Made by a program: the position numbers and the translations under genes
Assembly (NCBI GenBank): GCA_018668595.1
Contig: JABJCP010000026.1
Location: 323 to 64,322, forward strand
Direction of reading: 5' to 3'
Origin: Candidatus Woesearchaeota archaeon
GTDB lineage: Archaea; Nanobdellota; Nanobdellia; Woesearchaeales; UBA11576
DNA: 64,000 bases
The notes under the pieces: generated by a model
Databases searched by the model: none
The model's input: the letters and a program-made list of their open reading frames with translations, nothing else
What the model was told of the DNA's origin: nothing
Part shown: positions 40,500 through 48,982 of the stretch, piece by piece
How positions within the stretch are numbered: the stretch's first letter is position 1
How the letters are laid out: each line of letters begins with the position of its first letter

Positions 40500-40886
40500 T
40501 TTAACCTTTTTGAGTGTAATTTTTAAGTGTTTATAAATATAGTAGTTTTTGTATACATCAAATCATACCATCAACAATTCCAGTAAAAAATATAACTAAA
40601 CTGAGCACTAAAACTACTGGTTAATAGTAACATTTATATATGGGTAACTTAATACTTTACATAATTGTAACATAATTATAATAATATTTTAATAATATCA
40701 TAATATAACATCAAAACAATATAAATTCAAATAAAAAAGGGCGTGGGATAGTAAAATACTAATGTGTTGAGATTGTGTTAAGAATAAAACTAGCCAAACC
40801 CTAGTTAAATAACTGTTAAAATAACAAACAGCTAATTCTAAGCAGAATCTAAATTTAAAACCAATATAGAGTAGGGAGGAAAAAAA

Positions 40887-41321
40887 ATGAGTTTGTTTAA
40901 ATGGAAAAGAAAATCAACAGTAATAACACCAGAAAATAAATTAGGCGGTAAGCTAGAAGAATTAGCAGATGAAAATTTGCCAATTATTGCAAGTGGAAAA
41001 ACAGGACTTGCTTCTGAAGATGAAGCAATTGTAATGAGAGTTCCTGCAGATTATAGTCAAAAAACTGTAAGAGACTGTATCAATTATGTTTTAGAACAAC
41101 CTGCTAAGGATGCTGATCTTTCAATAATGAGCGGACTTAAAAAAGTAATGAATGCTAAAGGCCGTGTTGTTATGGTTAATGGAAGAAACGCAGATCTTGA
41201 TGCTGATGTTATTAATTATTTAGTTAAAGCAGATCATGAACTTGAAGGCGGAGCTAAAAAAGTATATAGAAAATTTGAATTTGAAGTTTCATCTGTTCAA
41301 GAAGGCGGTTATAGAAACTAA
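40887..41321 (+). CDS. Ubiquitin-like (beta-grasp) protein with C-terminal GG plus 3-aa extension
   Basis: TVRDCINYVL helix, VMVNGRNADLDADV (ThiS/MoaD/Ubl-like) and ending FEVSSVQEGG-YRN; GGGGAGG RBS. First gene of the E2/JAB/E1 operon. Confidence 0.75.
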   Translation: MSLFKWKRKSTVITPENKLGGKLEELADENLPIIASGKTGLASEDEAIVMRVPADYSQKTVRDCINYVLEQPAKDADLSIMSGLKKVMNAKGRVVMVNGRNADLDADVINYLVKADHELEGGAKKVYRKFEFEVSSVQEGGYRN

Positions 41322-41453
41322 TTGTTTCTAAATCATAAAAATATTTTTTATTTCTTTTACTAAATTTTTAAAATTTAACAAAAAAATAATTCAATTAAAA
41401 AACTGACTCAATAAAAAAACTAACTTAATAAAAAAATAAACAGTGTTGCTAAA

Positions 41454-43112
41454 ATGAGTACTAAATTAAAACAAGGTTTAGAAGTTCGAGCTTTAAGAAA
41501 CTTAGGTCCGCAAAATAATCACGCAAATAACAACTATTATTATAAAGGAACAATTGAAAAAGTAGCACTCGGATCTGCAGGTAAAATAATTGACAATAAC
41601 AATCCTTCTAGGATCCAAGTTAGATTAAATAATGGAATGGACTGGTGGTTTCATCCTGATGAACTTAGCATATTACGCTCCAGTATTGAACGAGAATTAA
41701 ATTGTGTTTTACCTGATGCAAGAGGAATGGAACGACACCCCTTTGTTCAACTTGCTCAAACAAATCCTGTGTTCTTAGTTGATGGAAAAATATACGCAGC
41801 AGTAGATGGAAAACATAGTGGGTCTTATTTTGAACAAAAAAAATTTTTTGGAACAAAAAAAATGCGTGTTGAAGAAGTAGGTGATTTTGATTCTATAGAT
41901 GATTTGTTTTTCAAACGAGCACACCTAAAAATTAAAGAAGCAGAAGTAAAATATACAAAAAAAATTATTCAAGATACAAAATTGGATCAATTAATTAAAC
42001 CTGCAACAGATACTGCTAACCTAATCATAAAAACAATATATCCTAATTTAAAAAATGGAGTTCATGAAGAAAAACTTTCGGAATTATTATCTGATGACGA
42101 AGATGTCACTACTAGCGACCCTGTTTTTGTTAGACGAAGATTAACTCCTGAAGAATTTAGAGAAATTCAAGAAAAAAGAGAAAAAGTAAAAGCGAAATTA
42201 GAAGAAAATATAGAATATTTATTAGAACTTGCAGGAATATCTGAACTAAACAGAGAACATTCTGCAAATAAAACTGCATACGAATCAAGACTAGATACTA
42301 TTTTTTTAAGTAAAGAAAATTGCGACGATGAATTTGAATCTCCTCTTAACTTAGCATTTAAAGATAGACCTATAGCAATTATAAACAATAAAGTTTATGA
42401 TTTAGTAAGAACTGAATTAGATGAATGTAAACAAAGTTTGAATATAGAAGGAAGAAGATTTGCACTAAATAAAACAAAAAAAACATTAGAAATTGAAGAA
42501 AAAAATTATTATACTAAATTTATATCTTTATTAAGAGTCCATACTGTAATGACTCAGTTAGATGAAAATAAAATATTAAATGATCTTGATTCTTTTGAAA
42601 ATGAACAAATAGATGCTGCATCACTAGACGAGCACAGAATAGAAAATTTCGGATTTATTAGATATGCGAGAGATTATTATGCGTTTTTAGAAGTTCCTGA
42701 ATTTGCAATAAAAAGTCAGATGGATGGTAAACATTATTTATTTCGAAAAGCAAGAGTAGGTATTCGAGTTTGGAACAACGGTTCAAATTTAAAATATAGT
42801 GAACAAATAGTTATGATCGATAACAACAACCACCCATTCTTACATAATAAAAGAAGTAATTATGCAAAACTATGTTTAGGAAATCAAGCATTTCCAACAA
42901 GCGGTAAAGATACAGGAGATGTTGTTGCAAAACGACTTAGAAGATGTAAAGAAATGTTAATGTTCGGTTATACTCATAAAAAATATGCCGAATGTTATGA
43001 ATTGAGAAAGTGTATACTTTGTAACTACAATCATTTCAGAGATAACTTAGTTGAAGAATCATATTTGAAAGAAAAACAAATTCCAATTATACGCGGAGGC
43101 CCAAGAAAATGA
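41454..43112 (+). CDS. Multidomain protein: N-terminal SH3-like barrel, helical middle, C-terminal E2 (UBC-like) domain
   Basis: C-terminal YAFLEVPEF...IVMIDNNNHPFLHNKRSNYAKLCLGN matches the E2 HP...LCL signature with a candidate catalytic Cys. Cys-rich tail follows. Confidence 0.7.
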   Translation: MSTKLKQGLEVRALRNLGPQNNHANNNYYYKGTIEKVALGSAGKIIDNNNPSRIQVRLNNGMDWWFHPDELSILRSSIERELNCVLPDARGMERHPFVQLAQTNPVFLVDGKIYAAVDGKHSGSYFEQKKFFGTKKMRVEEVGDFDSIDDLFFKRAHLKIKEAEVKYTKKIIQDTKLDQLIKPATDTANLIIKTIYPNLKNGVHEEKLSELLSDDEDVTTSDPVFVRRRLTPEEFREIQEKREKVKAKLEENIEYLLELAGISELNREHSANKTAYESRLDTIFLSKENCDDEFESPLNLAFKDRPIAIINNKVYDLVRTELDECKQSLNIEGRRFALNKTKKTLEIEEKNYYTKFISLLRVHTVMTQLDENKILNDLDSFENEQIDAASLDEHRIENFGFIRYARDYYAFLEVPEFAIKSQMDGKHYLFRKARVGIRVWNNGSNLKYSEQIVMIDNNNHPFLHNKRSNYAKLCLGNQAFPTSGKDTGDVVAKRLRRCKEMLMFGYTHKKYAECYELRKCILCNYNHFRDNLVEESYLKEKQIPIIRGGPRK

Positions 43113-44083
43113 AATTATTAGATGAATTATTATCTCAAGATGAACCCACACAAAATTTTGTTCGAAATGCTATTAAACAAGAACTTGGACGAATAGACAT
43201 TACAACAGAAGCATTTGAAAAAGCATACACTTATGCTAAACTTGTTAAAGAAATTTCAGGATTACCAAATATGGAATGTGGAGGATATTTGACAATTCCA
43301 AAAGATTGCACAGATAGAATTGCACGAGATGCTTTTCTTGCATCTGATCAAGATGTTAGAGAAGGATTATTTCAGATTCAAGCAAAAGATGTTATCAAAG
43401 CAGGTAAAGAAATAAGTGCTAAAGGCCATAGAGTTGTTGGTTGGTGGCACAGTCATGGAATGATGGATACATTTTTTTCAAACCTAGATGATCAAGGACA
43501 AGAAACAGTACTTAATGAAATTGCTGGATCAAACCACATAATAATATCCCAAGAAGAAGAAATTGCTGACCCTCAAGTTATTAGTGAAGGAAAAATTTTA
43601 GTTATTAGTGATCCTTCTAATCCTGGTCGAAGATATGAACTTGAATTTAATAGAAAACCTCTTTTTGTTCAAGGTACCCGGTTTAAATTAATTGAAGATA
43701 AAAAAATTAGTTTCTCATATGGATTGGTTGTTAATTGTCAACCTGGAAAACGAAAACCTTATGCAGAAATTGCTACGCAAGAGTATTGTGGTTTTTGTAA
43801 GCAATCAACTTATGACAGTCGTGTTGTTGGAGTTAGACTACATGATTCGGGTGCGTTTTATTTAGATGAAACTAAAATGAAAGAAGAAATAAAAAAGAAA
43901 GTTAAAATGCGAGGAATATTAAGCAAAATGTTGGGCGGCATATTTGGAAATGGCTTAGGTCAAAATAAGTTATTAGGTGATGAAGCGTTTGGAGATTCTG
44001 AAAATAAATCTGATTCACACGAATCCCTGCCTTATGCTATTAGAATTTCTAATGAACCCATCCCTCCTAAACAAAAAGAATAA
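43109..44083 (+). CDS. JAB/MPN+ (JAMM) metallo-isopeptidase
   Basis: MECGGYL...WWHSHGMMDTFFSNLD matches E...HSH-x7-S-x2-D. ATGA overlap with the E2 gene. Confidence 0.92.
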   Translation: MKLLDELLSQDEPTQNFVRNAIKQELGRIDITTEAFEKAYTYAKLVKEISGLPNMECGGYLTIPKDCTDRIARDAFLASDQDVREGLFQIQAKDVIKAGKEISAKGHRVVGWWHSHGMMDTFFSNLDDQGQETVLNEIAGSNHIIISQEEEIADPQVISEGKILVISDPSNPGRRYELEFNRKPLFVQGTRFKLIEDKKISFSYGLVVNCQPGKRKPYAEIATQEYCGFCKQSTYDSRVVGVRLHDSGAFYLDETKMKEEIKKKVKMRGILSKMLGGIFGNGLGQNKLLGDEAFGDSENKSDSHESLPYAIRISNEPIPPKQKE

Positions 44084-44199
44084 GGGCATAAAAATATTCA
44101 AAAAAAAATAATAAGAAAAACAAATAAGAAAATAAAAACAAAAAAACTAATAAAACTAATAAAAATAAAAAACAAAATAAAAAATAAAACAAAATAAAA

Positions 44200-45801
44200 A
44201 TGGTTGTTGACGACAGATTTAATAGACAAGAATTAATAAAAGGTTGGAATCAAAATAGTTTGAAGAAAACCAGAGTAGCTATAATAGGTTCAGGTCCGTT
44301 AGCAGAATCTACGTCCGCAGCATTAACTGCATTAGGAATCGGATGCATTGAAGTTTATGATAATAGAATTGTAGAAAAAAATAAGAAAGAAAATTTAGGG
44401 AGGGAAGGTTTTTTAACTTTTACCGCGAGAGAAAAAGATTCTAGAACAAAAAGTATTGAACATATTTTATCTAAGATTAATCCTACAGCTCAAATAACAG
44501 GAATTAATTTATCTTTGGAAAAAACTAATTTATTAAATATCCTAGGAACTCCTGATTTAATTATTGACACAACCAATTCTCCCAAATCTAAACAACAAGT
44601 TTTGGACTACAGTCAAACAAAAAGAATAAAAGTGATAAGTGCTTCTGCAAATAATCTTACAGGAAAGTTTTTCATAAACTGCGGAGAATCGTTCAAGAAT
44701 GAATATTTACTTCAAGAATATTCAGATGATACTCAAGGTAATACTATTAGCGGAATTCTCGGAGGAATAATTACAGAAGAAGTGAGAAAAATTGTTATGC
44801 CTCTTGAACAAGATGCAAAATTAATAGACCAGTTAGAATATTCATTAGATTCTCCTAACCGATTTAACAGTTCAAAAAAGCAATCCGAAGAAAGTAAAAA
44901 AAGTAAAAAGAATAAAAAAAGCAAACAAAATAAAAAAAGCGAACAAAATAAAAAAAACAGAACATTGAACAATAATAATTACAGATCTAGCAATATTTCA
45001 TTATTAAATAAAAAAGTTTTGATTATTGGTGCTGGTGCTCTTGGAAATTTTGCTGCTTTAAACATTGCACTCGAAGGAGTGGGCCATATTGATATTATGG
45101 ATCATGACGATATTGAATCAACCAATCTTAATAGACAAATTTTATTTTATGATGCTGTTGGAAAAATGAAAGCAACTGCATTAGCTGAAAGAATTTCTGA
45201 AATAGTTAATCCTAAAAATATTTATGGAAAATATGAAAATAAAAATTTAATAAACATTGGAGGAATAATTGACAAACTTGATGAAGAGTCAACGTATTTT
45301 GAAGAAAATAAACCTGATTTAATTCTTGATTGTGTAGATAGTTTTGCAGTGAGAGCAATAATTAATTATTATGCAGTAAGGCATCAAATCCCATTAGTTA
45401 GTGGAGGTACTAATCCAAGATCTGGACAAGTTTCGATTTATGTCCCTGGTAAAAGTAGTTGTCTTGATTGTAAATTAGGTGTGGAAGAAGCTCTTGCAGA
45501 ACAACGTGCTGCTGCAAGTTGTCGTTATGCTCCAGATCCTAGCGTTATTATGACTAATCAAATTGTAGGTAATATGATTGTTGGTGAAGCTGTTAAAATT
45601 TTAACTAATGATATTACTCATGCAGAAGATTATGTAAAAAAAATTCTAAAGTACGATTCAACTTCTGCTCAAAGAGGCGGTTTGATTGGATCAAAATATC
45701 CTTGTGATTGCACAAAACCCGAAGTAAATCAGTGGCTAAAAAATGTTGATAAAAAAGCACCTAAGAGAAAAAACACAGTTTCAAAAGATGCAAATGAATA
45801 A
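44200..45801 (+). CDS. E1-like enzyme with tandem ThiF domains (degenerate N-terminal plus active C-terminal)
   Basis: Domain 1: DRFNRQELI.GWNQ...IIGSGPLA, with a degenerate Gly loop. Domain 2: IIGAGALG, DHDDIESTNLNRQ, DCVD, CLDC, a candidate catalytic Cys in AAASCRY, and C-terminal CDC. Confidence 0.92.
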   Translation: MVVDDRFNRQELIKGWNQNSLKKTRVAIIGSGPLAESTSAALTALGIGCIEVYDNRIVEKNKKENLGREGFLTFTAREKDSRTKSIEHILSKINPTAQITGINLSLEKTNLLNILGTPDLIIDTTNSPKSKQQVLDYSQTKRIKVISASANNLTGKFFINCGESFKNEYLLQEYSDDTQGNTISGILGGIITEEVRKIVMPLEQDAKLIDQLEYSLDSPNRFNSSKKQSEESKKSKKNKKSKQNKKSEQNKKNRTLNNNNYRSSNISLLNKKVLIIGAGALGNFAALNIALEGVGHIDIMDHDDIESTNLNRQILFYDAVGKMKATALAERISEIVNPKNIYGKYENKNLINIGGIIDKLDEESTYFEENKPDLILDCVDSFAVRAIINYYAVRHQIPLVSGGTNPRSGQVSIYVPGKSSCLDCKLGVEEALAEQRAAASCRYAPDPSVIMTNQIVGNMIVGEAVKILTNDITHAEDYVKKILKYDSTSAQRGGLIGSKYPCDCTKPEVNQWLKNVDKKAPKRKNTVSKDANE

Positions 45802-45991
45802 TTGAATCAAAATCAATAATAACTAACAATTACCAACAATTGCCCACAATACTTCAAAAATTAAAAAAGTTTATATTCTAAAGAAATTATTACACAAACA
45901 TAAAGAGTATAATTAAAAATTATTACATACTTATTAAACCTAGCAAACATAATAAGAAATAAAATAACAAGTAAAAAAATGAGGTGTTATC

Positions 45992-46765
45992 ATGAAAAAA
46001 ATAATTATCTTACTGAGTTTAGTTATTATTACATTATTGATCATTGGTTGTCAAACAAAACAAGAAATTTCTGATGAAGAATTAGAATCTAAATTAGATC
46101 AACTTTCAGATCAAGAATTAGAACAATTAAGTATGGATGCAGATTCATTAAATTATATTGAAGAAGGCAACATGGCAGGTCAAGCATTTAATAGTTTAGT
46201 CCGAAATAGAAGATCAACAATTCGAAAAGCAAACATTGCAAAAAAAATTATTCAAAGAAGATTGTCTCAAAAACAAATAACAAGAACTCAAGATATTAAA
46301 TCTCAAGAATCTACTGTTACAGAAGAAAGTCAAGAACAAGATGACGCTGAAGAAACAACAGCTATACAAATACCTATTCCAAGTACTACCTGCGATGACA
46401 CCTGTTCAAGTTTAATTAACTGTTATCAAACTGAAAATATATGTGGAGGAACTGTTTTAATTAGAGGACAAAATTGGGGTTTTATTCAAAAAAATATAAT
46501 CAAGTCTGATAAGATATCAAATACGACATACTTTAATGGGGCCGAAGCTTGCATTAGAAGTTTTCAGGATACCTGTAAACAAATAGAAAAGTATGAAAAT
46601 AATAATTGGGTTGTTATTTCTCAGGCAGACATTAGTTGCAATGATGAAATAAATTCAACAAAGTACGAAACAGGAAAAAGTTACAGAGCAGTTTGTAAAA
46701 TGCAAATTAACATCCCTACAGAACCACCCACTAGTGGAAATAATGGAGGAGTATTAAATATTTAA
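45992..46765 (+). CDS. Secreted/lipoprotein-like protein, Cys-containing
   Basis: MKKIIILLSLVIITLLIIGC signal peptide with lipobox-like Cys; GAGGTG RBS. Confidence 0.75.
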   Translation: MKKIIILLSLVIITLLIIGCQTKQEISDEELESKLDQLSDQELEQLSMDADSLNYIEEGNMAGQAFNSLVRNRRSTIRKANIAKKIIQRRLSQKQITRTQDIKSQESTVTEESQEQDDAEETTAIQIPIPSTTCDDTCSSLINCYQTENICGGTVLIRGQNWGFIQKNIIKSDKISNTTYFNGAEACIRSFQDTCKQIEKYENNNWVVISQADISCNDEINSTKYETGKSYRAVCKMQINIPTEPPTSGNNGGVLNI

Positions 46766-46913
46766 TTAATTTTTTTTATATTCATTTTATTTATTTTCTC
46801 TACATCTTACACAAAGTTTATAAATAAAAAGTATTATTATGCTTGTATAAAGTATATTTTATGTAATTCATATTAGATTTTAAAAACATTTAATTTTAAA
46901 AAGAGGTGATCAA

Positions 46914-47381
46914 ATGAAAAAGAGAGGAAGTTTAAGTCTTTCTATTAATGCAATTGTTATTCTAGTTTTAGCTATAACAATGCTTGGACTTGGCCTGGGA
47001 TTTACAAAAGGTATGTTTAGTAAGTTCCAAAGTAAATTAGAAGTTCCAGAACCTGACATTCCAGCAACAGCAGATGATCAAATTGCTCTACCTGGAGATA
47101 CAATAAAAGTAATAAAAGGTAAAGCAGCAGTTTTTTCAGTTAATGTATACAACGATCAGTGGACAGGAGAAATAAGCCCCAGTTTATCATGTGTCGGCGA
47201 TAATGCTCCAGTTGCACAAGAAGGAGTTAGTCAATCAATCGCCATGGGAAAGGATGCTATGTTTAAATTTGTTTTACCAAAATCTTCAACCAATACCAGA
47301 GGAACCTATATCTGTAAATTATCATTTACTGGCGAAGGTGGTTCTGATTTGTCAAAACAAATTGTGATCGAGATACAATAA
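46914..47381 (+). CDS. Type IV pilin-like protein (class III signal peptide)
   Basis: MKKRG/SLSLSINAIVILVLAITML, then an Ig-like beta-rich C-terminus; GAGGTGA RBS. Confidence 0.75.
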   Translation: MKKRGSLSLSINAIVILVLAITMLGLGLGFTKGMFSKFQSKLEVPEPDIPATADDQIALPGDTIKVIKGKAAVFSVNVYNDQWTGEISPSLSCVGDNAPVAQEGVSQSIAMGKDAMFKFVLPKSSTNTRGTYICKLSFTGEGGSDLSKQIVIEIQ

Positions 47382-47395
47382 ACAGGTGATACTTA

Positions 47396-47623
47396 ATGAC
47401 TAAAAAACTTAAAAAAAGATTAACTCAACAACAAGAATTTGAAATCATGAAACTTGTGCTTGATAAGTTCTTGTGGGTTGCGATGGTTATCATCGGTTAT
47501 GGTGTTTATCAAGGTGTTATCTTAGAAAACTGGGGCAATGGTATTGCTTGGGGAGTTGCAGGAATAATTATCCTTATTCTGTTCCTCGTGATGATTGTTC
47601 GAGAATACGAAATCATAAGATAA
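47396..47623 (+). CDS. Small two-helix membrane protein
   Basis: Two TM segments; GGTGA RBS; lies between the two pilin-like genes. Confidence 0.75.
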   Translation: MTKKLKKRLTQQQEFEIMKLVLDKFLWVAMVIIGYGVYQGVILENWGNGIAWGVAGIIILILFLVMIVREYEIIR

Positions 47624-47692
47624 AAACTTAAAACAAAACAATAAACAAATTTTTCTTTTTTTTATTATTTTATTAAAAAATATAAATTAAAA

Positions 47693-48298
47693 ATGATATC
47701 AATAAAAAAATTATTAAAAAATAAAAAGGCTATTCAACTTTCTATTAATTTTATAGTTATGCTCATACTCGCAGTTGCAATGTTTAGCGGCGGATTGATT
47801 TTCTTAAATAAATTTTTTAGTAAAACTACTGAAATGAAAGGTAATCTCGACGCACAAACAGAAAAGCAGATTGAAAAACTTCTTGATTCTGGAAGTCCTG
47901 TTGTATTGCCAATCCATACTAAAGAAGTTTATCGAGGAAAAACAGCAGTGTTTGGAATTGGCGTTCTTGCTGACAAAACTGCAGAATATACTATGAAACC
48001 TGATTTCAAAACAGCTTTTGATAGTGAAAAAAAAACTATTTGCGGTACTGGTATGGATGATTGTAGTTTAAACAGTTGGTTAACTTTAGGCAGCGGAAAA
48101 ATGACAACTCCAGGAATTATTGGTGAAACTCAATCTCTTAAGAAAAATGAGAAGGGTAAGTTTTTGATTCTTGTCAGCGTTCCATCTACTGCTAAACGAG
48201 GAACTTATATTTTCAAAGTTGATGTAGATAAGACAGTGGAAGGTGCAGTTAGTACACCTTATGATGCTCCTCTTGAGATGATTGTGAAAGTGCCTTAG
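47693..48298 (+). CDS. Type IV pilin-like protein (class III signal peptide)
   Basis: KNKKA/IQLSINFIVMLILAVAMF; C-terminal RGTY.FKV is shared with 46914..47381. Confidence 0.75.
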   Translation: MISIKKLLKNKKAIQLSINFIVMLILAVAMFSGGLIFLNKFFSKTTEMKGNLDAQTEKQIEKLLDSGSPVVLPIHTKEVYRGKTAVFGIGVLADKTAEYTMKPDFKTAFDSEKKTICGTGMDDCSLNSWLTLGSGKMTTPGIIGETQSLKKNEKGKFLILVSVPSTAKRGTYIFKVDVDKTVEGAVSTPYDAPLEMIVKVP

Positions 48299-48634
48299 AA
48301 ACATAGACTTAATATAAAATTAATGCCTTAAATTTTTTCTTTTTTTCAGTCTTTTTAACTTTGAAAAATCCTTTGCGTTTATTACGGATTTTTCATTAAT
48401 TAGTTTTTTAAATAAAAATCACATTCTAAGTATATAATGGTTGCAACAAGCATCAAAAACGCAATCTAAGCACACATTGACACCACAAAGTAGTAACAAA
48501 ATCGAAAGATTTATAAACAGGAGCGTATTACTAAATAAAAAAGAGTTGATTCTAAGAAAAAATAGCCAATATCATGCTATAATTAAGAAAATAAAACGAG
48601 ATCATAATCAAAGATCTATTAGGAGGAAATTAAA

Positions 48635-48868
48635 ATGGGAGAAGTATTAGATACAATTATAGGTGGATGCGGTAAAGTTAAAGATAAATATGTAGGATTA
48701 AATCCAACAGGAAAAGACGCTGTTAAAGGCGGAATTGGAGCAACTGTATTTATTTTAAGTTCAGGATTTTTTTTACCCCTTGCAGCAGGAGCAGCAACTA
48801 TTTATTACGGCGGTAAACTTGCTAAGAAAGGATACGAAAAACTAAATGAAGATCCTAATCAAAAGTAA
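48635..48868 (+). CDS. Small Gly-rich membrane protein
   Basis: GGAGG RBS; one hydrophobic glycine-zipper-like segment. Confidence 0.65.
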   Translation: MGEVLDTIIGGCGKVKDKYVGLNPTGKDAVKGGIGATVFILSSGFFLPLAAGAATIYYGGKLAKKGYEKLNEDPNQK

Positions 48869-48982
48869 TTATCTTTTGAGGATTTAAATTTTTTAAATTA
48901 TTTTTCAAATTTCTATTATCTATAATATAATATACTCATATTAGAGTTAACTTTATAAAGAACTGGTTTTTCTAAAGTCTCA

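Noticed and set aside
40887-45801. CBASS (Cap2/Cap3) or ThiF/MoeB sulfur-relay interpretation of the E1/E2/JAB genes
   Set aside because: No CD-NTase or effector is adjacent, and E1 and E2 are separate genes. A free Ubl and an E2-like Cys domain are present, and no thiamine or molybdopterin genes are nearby.
48441-48650. 69-aa ORF upstream of 48635
   Set aside because: TTG start without RBS, overlaps the RBS and start of the better-supported downstream gene, AT-rich spacer composition.
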